DNA from: Ginkgo biloba
Lineage: Eukaryota > Plantae > Ginkgophyta
Direction of reading: 5' to 3'
DNA: 19,137 nucleotides
NCBI GenBank assembly: GCA_024626585.2
Contig: JANKJI020000004.1
Coordinates: 120,878,959-120,898,095 of the forward strand
Part shown: positions 1 through 9,298 of the stretch, in pieces
Position numbering within the stretch: the stretch's first letter is position 1
Layout of the letters: each line of letters opens with the position of its first letter
Notes under the pieces: model-generated
Database searches by the model: none
Seen by the model: the letters and a program-made list of their open reading frames with translations, nothing else
What the model was told of the DNA's origin: nothing
Program-made: the position numbers and the translations under genes

Positions 1-768
1 CAACCATTCATAGAACAATTGTACTTATTAATTACCCAATCAACACTATCATAAGTTGTACTTTCTTAAATACCATGAAAATAACAAATGCATCATGTCA
101 ACATCCTTTCTAAGGTTTCTTAATACCTCAAAATTTATAGGTAATATCTAGAGTATAAAATGGGCAACCTAGCGCATAATGGCCATATATGATAGCAAGA
201 GTACAAATTACTCTCCAGGAATACCCTTCCTAATATCCCTAAAATCACTATGAAAAAAGTCTTTGCTAGCAACAATTTCTTAGCAAGCAAGGATTACATC
301 TAGTGAAATAATAAGACATATACCTTCTATGACAACAATTTAGCAAGTGGTACTTATATGCAATTGGGTCATGCCAATATTAAATGCAAGAGTCACTCAA
401 AGACTTGGAAAAACTTTGTTTGTACCTCAAATCATCATCAATGAAAACCAATCAAGAAAACCCTTCCATACTTTAATCACAACTGCAAACAATCTCACTC
501 AAATCAAAATCGATTATTAAGTTGTTGAATAACAACATTCAACAAGCAAATGCCTTACTTCCAAGGTTCCATCACAATGAACCACAGTCATCGTAACCAT
601 GGATCCATCACAAACAATTCTTTGGGGGAGCCCTCCATTGATAAAAAGCATATTTGACATCTAACAATCCTAGAAGAGAAAAGCGTCGTGCCAAAACTCA
701 TGCCAAGGTTGCCCAACGGCCCTTGCGCATCAAGAAGAGACCACATATGTCTTGGATACTCACTAAAA

Positions 769-1397
769 CATGCAATCCAGTACTTTGAGACCCCTATGAT
801 ATTCAACCAATGGTTTTCATACATTCAACAAACCACTTTTTTCTTGAAAAAACATGAGAAGGCTTCACTCCGAGACCTTCCAAGCCTTGAGCCTAAACCA
901 TACACAAGGATAAAAACCACACAATGGAGAGCATATTCTAGACTTCAATATGATCACAGCAACATATTGACAGAGTTGTGGCATGCTTACAAAACAACGC
1001 AGTAGGCATGGAAATCACTCATTTTATTTCCCAGATATCCCTCGCCAAAGCAGTCCTGAATGGGCCTTTAAAATCATTGACGCGTACAATCCAGTATTCT
1101 GACAAATCCACAAAAATTCAGACCAATACATTCAAAAAACTTCACTTTTTTTTGGTTGAAAGGACAACATAGCTTCATTCAAAGACCTTTCAACCTCTGA
1201 GATCAAAACACGAGCAAAAAAAGTTGCACAATAGAAAGCATATTCCAGGGTTAGATAGTGTCACAGCAACCTGCCGACAGAGGTGTGGCATGCTTAAAAA
1301 CAACCTGGAACTTGGAAGTTACCCATTCTGTTTGCTGACATCACTAGCTAAGACCAATGTTTCGGACAAAATCTCAGTCCTAAATGGATCTTAAAAT
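769..1397. repeat. Diverged tandem dimer, unit ~313 bp (769-1082 / 1083-1397)
   Basis: Colinear shared blocks: caatccagtactttga / caatccagtattctga; gcttcactccgagacctt / gcttcattcaaagacctt; tcacagcaacatattgacagagttgtggcatgctta / tcacagcaacctgccgacagaggtgtggcatgctta; cagtcctgaatgggcctttaaaat / cagtcctaaatggatcttaaaat. Confidence 0.8.
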
Positions 1398-1537
1398 GTG
1401 GATTGTTATTGCCTTTCCCAAAGTTGATTTATCATGCATACACCCATGCCTATATACTTCCAGACAAACCCTTAATGGGCATCAAAGTAGGAATGAAAAA
1501 CTCAATCACAGAAACAATAAAACCAAGATATAGGCAT

Positions 1538-1551
1538 GCTGGAATCCACCA
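1538..1551 (-). promoter_or_regulatory. Candidate primer-binding site (TGGTGGATTCCAGC), tRNA unassigned
   Basis: Begins with TGG (complement of tRNA CCA) and lies upstream of the minus-strand gag relic. The adjacent LTR terminus is not clean. Confidence 0.3.
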
Positions 1552-1760
1552 TACAATTGGATTTTTGTACTGACAACTATCCATCCCTTAGAATCAAAAG
1601 GGTGAACTGCAATTATTGAGTTTGGGAGTAGCACATCATGCAGACAAGGTCCTTAGGCCATCCTCTAATTGAGTATTCCAGCACTATGGGCATAAACANN
1701 NNNNNNNNNNNNNNNNNNNNNNNNNNNNNNNNNNNNNNTCGCACAATAGACCATAATACA

Positions 1761-1886
1761 ATGTGTATGTTAGACAACATGGAACAAGGATCAAGCCTTA
1801 AAAGAAAATAATGCCAGGACTGCTGCATACAAAGCAAAAAAGAAAGACCGATTGCAATTCGTGATTGCACTCAGAAAGCTGCTGGG
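1761..1886 (+). pseudogene. Pseudogene exon 1: (MCMLDN)MEQGSSLKRK*CQDCCIQSKKERPIAIRDCTQKAAG
   Basis: In-frame ATGs at 1761, 1767 and 1779; donor GGG|gtact at 1887 followed by a T/A-rich intron. The 5' boundary is uncertain because a 40-N gap lies just upstream. Confidence 0.5.
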
Positions 1887-2269
1887 GTACTTTTTGCCAC
1901 CTTTTTGTTGTAGTGTATGTACTTTTTTTTCCTTTTAATAAATCATGTTTTAAAACAAAAAAGGCTATGAGAACCATAAAGAAATCGGTGTTAACACAAA
2001 AAAAAGGATGTCAAAGTCATTGAAATTACTTGAAAAAAAATGAAGACAGAAAAATATATGCAACACATAAATTCATACTAATATTGTAAAATGTGTAAAA
2101 TTTTCTAATAAATCTATCATGCTATTTTGTAATTTCTACAAACATTTTGTACATGTCATGTTTTTCAAGAATTTTATGATTAGCAAACAATCCGATTTGC
2201 AAACATGGCTTCTTCACTAACAACTACATAGGCCCTTGATCTACTAATTAATAGACAATTCTTTGCTAG

Positions 2270-2414
2270 GTTACAAGTGCAATTGTTACTGAATCACAGA
2301 ATGGCATCCACACAGCCAAAGTTCAAACCACATCCACAATCGGCACAAAATAAAGCATTTTGCCTTGGACAGAAGTCGATCTAGTAGTTAACCTCAGGTA
2401 TTTGCCAACTGGAG
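2270..2414 (+). pseudogene. Pseudogene exon 2: VTSAIVTESQNGIHTAKVQTTSTIGTK*SILPWTEVDLVVNLRYLPTG
   Basis: Branch-like TACTAAT at 2242-2248, acceptor ttctttgctag|G, strong donor GAG|gtaaga at 2415. Confidence 0.65.
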
Positions 2415-2564
2415 GTAAGAAGCTAATCTTGCAGTGCCAATCTATATACACGACCAACACTACAGGTTAATACAATGCTTAACTGGCAGTCATGAGTCCC
2501 ATTCTTGCAATTCAACTCAATGCCCACACTAAACAGTACATAATGAAATGAAATTATTTTGTGT

Positions 2565-3777
2565 CTTGCTGATGCTTCAGCCTTTCACCACCAATGGAAT
2601 CAGGTCTGCTCCATTTGGCCTCTTCTGATCCATAAGGCAAGGCTGCCCTCTACCCCTGCCCTCTATGTTTTGCTGGTTGATGCTCTGGAATACCAAATAA
2701 ATCATCAAGTCTGTTTTGGCTCCATCCATGGAATTTTCACCCCCCACCAGATATCAGATATTGGCTAATGGACACTTTGCTAATGACTCCTTCCTACCAT
2801 CCAAGCTGAAGAAACCAATGTGCAAGAAGCCATGAAGTGTATCCACACCTTATGTGATACTTCAGGACCCAAATCCAATGGAAAAAGTACCTCATGCTAT
2901 CTACTTAGTTCCAAGTACACTCCAAAGTGGGCAAAGAAGTTTAATTGGACACGAATCTTCACTAGGAAAATTTCAAGTTTTTAGTTTTGGGTTTCAAACA
3001 TACATGCGTGACACATTGCAATATGTTGCGGATAGAGTGAGGAAAAGCCCTCCCACTGGACCTCCAAACCAATGAACCTCCCTGTTGGATACCAAAGAGC
3101 CATCAAAATCCTGGCTGCCACTAAAGATTATGATTCCTCTAGTTGGCTGTCCTCTCTGAATGCACACAAGAGGCTGATCCAGCTTATCAGATCCTTTATT
3201 TGGGGCTTTACGGATAGATAGCAAAAAGATTTCCACAAAGTTAAATAGGACATTTGTTCTAAACCCAAAACTAAAGCAAGTTTGGGCATTACTGATTTGT
3301 AAAGGCAAGGCATGGCCTTGTGTGCCAAGTGTACCATTAGACCTCTTTGGGGCAATGAGGTTTGGAAGCTGCTCACTCGGTAGAACAATCAAGCTGGCAA
3401 TCACTTAGGCAAGTCCTCTTGGAAAGATCTGTCCCCACATACCTTGCTCTTGGCTCCTGCCAAAGTGGTTGTTGCAAGTTTCTTTGTCTTCAAAAGCATT
3501 TTGCAAGCCTGAGAAAAATCGAAAACCCATCTCAAATGGAGGGGAATGGAAACAAGAAGAGGCTTGTCTTTGGCTGACCAAAGTCAAGCCTCTTCATTTC
3601 ATGGTCCCTTCTAATAATGGAAGGTGATCAATGCTTGGGGGAGATTAAGCGGTTCAATAGCATCAAGTTGTTCAAGAGAGGAATACAGACTCTGATGGGT
3701 TTGTATGACTTTAGAAGTTGTTAATGAAAGTCTTGGGATTGGTTAAGGACTGACTATAATCTTGCCAACCAAGATGA
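2565..3777 (+). mobile_element. L1-clade LINE ORF2 relic, 5'-truncated: reverse transcriptase core and post-RT region
   Basis: Frameshifted translation gives SIRQGCPL-PALYVLLVDAL (~2629-2690), NGHFANDSFL (FADD motif decayed to FAND, 2776-2787), SHWTSKPMNL, LIRSFIWG, KPKTKASLGITDL*RQGMALCAK, GNEVWKLL and VFKSILQA*EK. Confidence 0.93.
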
Positions 3778-3877
3778 NNNNNNNNNNNNNNNNNNNNNNN
3801 NNNNNNNNNNNNNNNNNNNNNNNNNNNNNNNNNNNNNNNNNNNNNNNNNNNNNNNNNNNNNNNNNNNNNNNNNNNNN

Positions 3878-5697
3878 TTTGATTTCCAAATCAATGAACC
3901 TTTCTATTAGAGACTAAACAATCATTAAAAACTTGGCTGCCACTTATGCATACTATTCGTTTTGTTGGATGCCCTTACATAATGCATATAACAAGTTAAT
4001 CCAACTCATCAAAGCTTTTATTTTTGGGGTTTTATTGAGGGAAAAAAGGGATGCCATAGAGTTAAAAATGTGACATTTGTTGTAAACCCAAAACTAAAGG
4101 AGGCTTCAATATTATTGATGTGCAAAGGCAATGCACGACCTTGTGTGCCAAATGGATCATTAGATCTCTCTCAGGAAATGAGGCTTGGAAGTTGCTCATT
4201 TAGTAAAACATCCAAGTTGGCATTATCTTGGGTAAGCTCTCTTGGAAAGATTTTCCCCTACATATACTTTGATCTAGGCCCTTCCCAATGTGGTTGTTAT
4301 GAACTTTATTGTCTTCAAGAGCATTTAGCAATTTTGGGAAAAATATAAAGCCCATGTTATTTGGAGGCGAATGGAAATAAGAAGAGGCTTAGCATTGGCT
4401 AATTAATCCATTGGGTCCTGTCCTTTAATAATAGAAGGTGATGAATGCTTGGGAGAGATTAAGTGGTCTAGTAGCATTGGATTGTTTAGGATAGGAATCA
4501 ATACTCTAATGTATTGGCATGACTTCCAAAGTTGTCAATGGAAGTCCTCGGATATGCTTAGGACTAATTAAAATCTTGGTAACCAACACAAAATAGTTCC
4601 TGATAAAATTGTGTCAATGTTGCTTTATTACTTGGAGCTCAGAGTGGTAGCCAATCATCTTGAGGCTTGGTAGAAGGATTGGGTTTGGAATGTATCCAAA
4701 GCCATGATCAAAATCTTTGCCTCCCACTAATATTCTTTGCTTGAGCATGTTGTTGATTTCAGTAATAGGCTTAATGTTAAGTGGGATTGTGTTAGCCCTA
4801 ACTTTGTCTAGTATAGAAAGCTTTGAAAGACTATGGAGAGCCCCGCTATAGCCAAAGAAGGCCTTCTTTGCCTGGTCTATAACACATTAGGGCCTTGTCA
4901 CCGAGGACAGATATTGAAGATGGGGCCACTCATAACAAGTGCCCTGTGTGTAAACAAACTAAGACCATGCTCCATTTATTTTGGTGCTGCCTTTGTACTG
5001 AATCTTTATGTCATTGAGTTCAGGAGCTTGCAACCACCCTCCTCCTTTACCCTTTCAATTCGGCATCTGCTCTTCTTGGGGGATTGACCTTTCATCACAG
5101 TCGTCACATTCTCAAAGGGTAGGTCCATTTTTGTTATGGAAGATAAGATGTAATGTTGCTTTTGGAAATAAATTGCTTGCTCGTGCCATTTCTAATCATA
5201 TTATTATCATGAGCTTGGGGAGGTTCTCTGTGCAGATTAAAGTGCAGTTGGAATTGAATCATTTGACAATCACTGGGATTATACCCCTTGCACCACCCCC
5301 AAGTAACCATGAGTAGGGCAAGGAGCATGCCAAGAGTAGGAATAGAAGCAAAGATCCCAAAAGAGGTGGAAGAGCCCCCAACAGACATTCTCCTCCAAGC
5401 CTAAGTCTCATGATGGCTAGGGCAAGGATGCCTTCTTTAGTCTGGCTATCTCTCCCACCAGGGAGGATAACTCAAAAATGATGGCTGGGGTGACTCTAAT
5501 TAGAGCAATGATGGAAATGATGGGCCTACCAGTCAATTTCTTTGTGTTTGTCTATTTGTGGTTCCTTTGGGACTTGGGTATCCCTATGACTTTGTGCCAT
5601 TTGTGGCAGTATTATTATGATGATGATTATCAGGATTGTATGGATGTGCCTATGCCACCCTTTTTTTGTACTGTATGTAATATTTCAAATTAATAGA
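3878..5697 (+). mobile_element. L1-clade LINE ORF2 relic: second copy of the post-RT region, zf-RVT, C-terminus and 3' UTR
   Basis: 3878-4590 is colinear with 3057-3777 (KPKTKGG, LCAKWIIRSLSGNEAWKLL). Then LWRAPL*PKKAFFAW, the CPVCKQTKTMLHLFWCC zinc-finger (4940-4990), LLWKIRCNVAF, and a T-rich 3' UTR ending near ...tgtaatatttcaaattaata. Confidence 0.9.
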
Positions 5698-5715
5698 ATC
5701 ATTTCTTTACAACAG

Positions 5716-5764
5716 AATTATTTAATGTCCACTCAAACCAAACTGGTCTATAAGCCCTTCCCAG
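5716..5764 (+). pseudogene. Pseudogene exon 3: (E)LFNVHSNQTGL*ALP(S)
   Basis: Acceptor tttctttacaacag|, donor CAG|gttagt. Confidence 0.6.
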
Positions 5765-5881
5765 GTTAGTTTACAGTAATGATCTCATAAAGGCTTCCTA
5801 CATGTCTTCTGTGGCTAACAAATTTTATATGCCCCTTCTCTTGTATGTATATCATGTCTTGGTATTTATCTCAAATTTCAG

Positions 5882-6101
5882 CAACAACTAGGCATTCTAA
5901 TAAGCTGCTATATTCATCCTCTAGTTTGCCTAGACTGAATATTTTGCATGCCCCTTCCTCCCAAGAGGTACCATTCCACCTTCCTCTTTAATTCTATAGG
6001 TTATGAGAGCTTGCCCTGATCCTGAAGGTGTTGTACTTTTTCTTAATTTAGCACATGCCAAAATAGAAAAGTGTGATGCCTAGAATATTCCCTTATAATC
6101 T
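5882..6101 (+). pseudogene. Pseudogene exon 4: NN*AF**AAIFIL*FA*TEYFACPFLPRGTIPPSSLIL*VMRACPDPEGVVLFLNLAHAKIEKCDA*NIPL*S
   Basis: Acceptor aaatttcag|, donor TCT|gtaata; strongly plant-like codons in this frame. Confidence 0.6.
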
Positions 6102-6179
6102 GTAATAATTAAAGAATTAAATAGGTTGAGTTAAGTATAACTATAAATCTAAAATAATTTAGTAATAGGGTCTAATGTG

Positions 6180-6205
6180 CTCTCCCTCTCTCTCTCTCCC
6201 TCTTC
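6180..6205. repeat. Imperfect (CT)n microsatellite in intron 4
   Basis: ctctccctctctctctctccctcttc read directly. Confidence 0.8.
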
Positions 6206-6248
6206 AATTGTTGTAATTTTANNNNNNNNNNNNNGAATATTTTCTCAG

Positions 6249-6461
6249 GTTTTGTGTTATAGGAAGTTTTGAGGGACTTTTTTCCTACCAAATTTTAGCA
6301 GTAATTAATGCCTATGTACACCTACAATTAATGCTTATGTAATTATGTTCATTTGTATCTAGAAGCGAAAGCATTGGATTTCCTAGTTGTTGAACCCAAT
6401 TAAAGTTTTGTGATTTAAGTTAAACATCTATACTTCTTGAGTGGGGAGTATCTCAGTTGAA
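6249..6461 (+). pseudogene. Pseudogene exon 5: VLCYRKF*GTFFLPNFSSN*CLCTPTINAYVIMFICI*KRKHWIS*LLNPIKVL*FKLNIYTS*VGSISVE
   Basis: Acceptor ttttctcag|G, donor GAA|gtttgt, 71 codons. Alternative donors at 6301 and 6448 cannot be excluded. Confidence 0.55.
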
Positions 6462-6495
6462 GTTTGTTAATATTTTTTTTAGTTGTGGTTCAAAT

Positions 6496-7486
6496 NNNNN
6501 NNNNNNNNNNNNNNNNNNNNNNNNNNNNNNNNNNNNNNNNNNNNNNNNNNNNNNNNNNNNNNNNNNNNNNNNNNNNNNNNNNNNNNNNNNNNNNNNNNNN
6601 NNNNNNNNNNNNNNNNNNNNNNNNNNNNNNNNNNNNNNNNNNNNNNNNNNNNNNNNNNNNNNNNNNNNNNNNNNNNNNNNNNNNNNNNNNNNNNNNNNNN
6701 NNNNNNNNNNNNNNNNNNNNNNNNNNNNNNNNNNNNNNNNNNNNNNNNNNNNNNNNNNNNNNNNNNNNNNNNNNNNNNNNNNNNNNNNNNNNNNNNNNNN
6801 NNNNNNNNNNNNNNNNNNNNNNNNNNNNNNNNNNNNNNNNNNNNNNNNNNNNNNNNNNNNNNNNNNNNNNNNNNNNNNNNNNNNNNNNNNNNNNNNNNNN
6901 NNNNNNNNNNNNNNNNNNNNNNNNNNNNNNNNNNNNNNNNNNNNNNNNNNNNNNNNNNNNNNNNNNNNNNNNNNNNNNNNNNNNNNNNNNNNNNNNNNNN
7001 NNNNNNNNNNNNNNNNNNNNNNNNNNNNNNNNNNNNNNNNNNNNNNNNNNNNNNNNNNNNNNNNNNNNNNNNNNNNNNNNNNNNNNNNNNNNNNNNNNNN
7101 NNNNNNNNNNNNNNNNNNNNNNNNNNNNNNNNNNNNNNNNNNNNNNNNNNNNNNNNNNNNNNNNNNNNNNNNNNNNNNNNNNNNNNNNNNNNNNNNNNNN
7201 NNNNNNNNNNNNNNNNNNNNNNNNNNNNNNNNNNNNNNNNNNNNNNNNNNNNNNNNNNNNNNNNNNNNNNNNNNNNNNNNNNNNNNNNNNNNNNNNNNNN
7301 NNNNNNNNNNNNNNNNNNNNNNNNNNNNNNNNNNNNNNNNNNNNNNNNNNNNNNNNNNNNNNNNNNNNNNNNNNNNNNNNNNNNNNNNNNNNNNNNNNNN
7401 NNNNNNNNNNNNNNNNNNNNNNNNNNNNNNNNNNNNNNNNNNNNNNNNNNNNNNNNNNNNNNNNNNNNNNNNNNNNNNNNNNNNNN
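6496..7486. other. Largest assembly gap (991 N). Other gaps: 1699-1738, 3778-3877, 6222-6234, 10421-10520, 11812-12418, 12849-12858, 13556-13655, 14168-14235, 15878-15948, 16231-16330, 17400-17499
   Basis: Runs of N. Five are exactly 100 N, the usual placeholder for unknown size, so adjacency across them is uncertain. Confidence 0.99.
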
Positions 7487-7497
7487 TTATTTTGAAG

Positions 7498-7599
7498 TAT
7501 TAAATTTGTGAAGCTCCAGAGTATAAAGGGTTTTATTTTCCATTACCATTAGATGAATATTTTGACCTTATATGAGCAAGATATATATCAACCAAGTTG
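7498..7599 (+). pseudogene. Pseudogene exon 6: Y*ICEAPEYKGFYFPLPLDEYFDLI*ARYISTKL
   Basis: Acceptor ttattttgaag| (weak, next to the gap), donor TTG|gttgta, followed by an 80-nt AT-rich intron. Confidence 0.6.
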
Positions 7600-7679
7600 G
7601 TTGTATAACATTTTTTTTATTGTAAGATTGAAAGGAATATTTTAAATGTCCAATGATTATTGTTTTGGTCATATGTCAG

Positions 7680-7813
7680 ATTTGCTTGATGTCTAATTAT
7701 AACACTCTAATGTCTCATGCATTCATTGTAAGGGAGCCTTATGCTTAACAAGTATATGAGTCTGTAGAATGTGCTATAAGATTCTATTGAGACATCATTT
7801 TGGAAGCTCAAGG
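7680..7813 (+). pseudogene. Pseudogene exon 7: ICLMSNYNTLMSHAFIVREPYA*QVYESVECAIRFY*DIILEAQ(G)
   Basis: Acceptor atatgtcag|, donor AGG|gtaatg followed by a poly-T tract. Confidence 0.65.
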
Positions 7814-8560
7814 GTAATGAAGCTTTTTTTTTTAATACATAATCGATCTTCATTTTTCTCATGCATAGTGTGTTTTGCTTCATGTTAGTAGTTATTAAAA
7901 TTCATGTTTGACTTACAAGTTGAATCAATTAAAAAAGTTGTGGCCTCAAATCATATAGTCCTAAATTCATGTTATAAATGGATTTTTTTATTGGTGGTTC
8001 ATTTTTACAAAGTTGTACTTTTCGCTATTGAAATATTTGGGAAAAAACTATACGACAAAGAACATTTCTTTATAATAAGATCTTACGTGCATTTCATTAA
8101 AGATTATAAGTTCTACAAATTGAGAATGTAGGTGAAATAGTTAGAGTATTATCACTTAAACAAGTCAACAATCTAGTTTGATTTAAAGTTCTAGTAACTC
8201 ATTACTTTCATAAATAAAAACTCGTAAGAGTATGAGTTACACAACATAATTCCACAAATTATAGGTAAGTCATATTTGGAAAAGGCATTACATTTAGAGA
8301 GATTCTTATAATTAATTACCATTTAACATGCAGTTCAAATCAACAAATGTAACTATAAGTACGAACAACGTTCATAAGCCACGACACGAAATGTCATTAA
8401 AGTCATTATGTATGAAGGATTACGCAGTTAAGGTTTGCCACATACTTAGGATTCAAGAGATACAAAATGCCTTGTAAACAAGGTTGAATTTTAAGGGTTA
8501 AATAAGACATGTAAAGTGTGAAGATAATATAATAATTATAGTATAGTAGGAATCATGATA

Positions 8561-8590
8561 AAAGAGAGGGGGAGTATGTTGAAAATAAAT
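8561..8590 (+). other. Possible polypurine tract plus LTR start (AAAGAGAGGGGGAG-ta-TGTTGAAAATA) in intron 7
   Basis: Purine run directly followed by TGTTG at 8577, resembling a copia PPT/3' LTR junction. No RNase H coding relic or matching LTR end was found. Confidence 0.25.
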
Positions 8591-9135
8591 GAACTAATCT
8601 AGAGTCGATTGTATGTCAATGCAATCTAATGATCAAGCTTATTTTAGACTTAACATATTTCTCCATATCCTACTTTAAGGATGTGCCATTTATTACACCT
8701 TAGTTGATCCTTTATCTGTATATTAAAACAAAGATACAACCTTTAACGAATGTATTGAGCTCTTATTGAAGTCACATTTGCATGCATATGCTTTGACTTA
8801 TTCTAAAACCATATTAATAATTAGAGGAGCTTTAGTCATGATGCCCAAATAAGTTAGAAATTGTATCCCTAGTGTAACTCTATCAATATCATCATTAATC
8901 TATAGAATCCAAATGTTATTTATTACAATCTCATTGTTATAATATTAATAGGGGATTTTTTTATTTTTATTTTTTAATATGACCTCATCATAATATCGTG
9001 TTGAAAGCCTAGATAAAGAAGGCTTGGGAAATTTATAGGCAAAAAGATATTTCTATTCGATATCTCACTAAAAGATTTTACTAAAATCCTTAATGGTCCA
9101 TAGACTTGTAATAGTAATCTTGTTGTTCTCTTTAG

Positions 9136-9186
9136 GTGGATAAAAGATTTCTCTGTAGAGAAAGTAGATTATTATCATTGCCTTGA
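9136..9186 (+). pseudogene. Pseudogene exon 8 (51 nt): WIKDFSVEKVDYYHCL(E)
   Basis: Strong acceptor ttgttctctttag|G and consensus donor |gtaagt. Its only stop-free frame is the one delivered by exon 7. Confidence 0.7.
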
Positions 9187-9298
9187 GTAAGTAGAGTTAC
9201 ATATGCTTCCAATGCCTTATTAGGACTTTTTAAGCTTCGTAGTTGCTCATAATGGGACATTCATATGTTCATTAACCAAATGAGCCTTTTACTCCTAG

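Larger units (their letters stand above)
1..1551 (-). mobile_element. Degenerate LTR-retrotransposon 5' internal region (leader plus gag relic)
   Basis: Minus strand 205-161 translates CTLAIIYGHYALGCP, which has CX2CX4HX4C zinc-knuckle spacing with the second Cys lost. A TGG-starting PBS-like motif lies upstream at 1551-1538 with a tandem-repeated leader in between. No intact ORF. Confidence 0.45.

Noticed and set aside
588-1172. Short ORFs of 64-105 aa, and similar ones at 7904-8131, 13781-14038, 14857-15147, 16786-17152 and 18206-18798
   Set aside because: No recognisable motifs; they lie in repeats, LTRs or introns and have lengths expected by chance.
1812-1850. CQDCCIQSKK resembling the SHI/STY RING start CQDCGNQAKK
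   Set aside because: The following CxHxRCRTCCKSRG pattern is absent in all frames.
6000-6027. Apparent 28-nt exon (ctatag|GTTATG...GAAG|gtgttg) and FRIGIDA-like 'PDPxxxVL' similarity
   Set aside because: It would need a 32-nt upstream intron and reads better as the interior of exon 4; the similarity is too short to support a family call.
1774-6461. Alternative +1 frame of exons 1-5 (TTWNKDQALKENN...FCVIGSFEGLFSYQILA) with fewer stops
   Set aside because: Its codon pattern looks like a shifted frame (the purine bias falls on the third position), and it accumulates stops in exons 6-8. It is not fully excluded without homologs.
6457-7511. Three 342-348 aa ORFs, plus other X-rich ORFs at 11631-12446, 10406-10602, 13527-13715, 14061-14322, 16111-16345 and 17309-17527
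   Set aside because: They are open only because they run through N gaps.
5882-7813. U-to-C RNA editing or stop-codon reassignment as an explanation for the in-frame stops
   Set aside because: U-to-C editing is an organellar phenomenon and this locus has spliceosomal introns. All three stop types occur, and neighbouring TEs show the same C>T decay.
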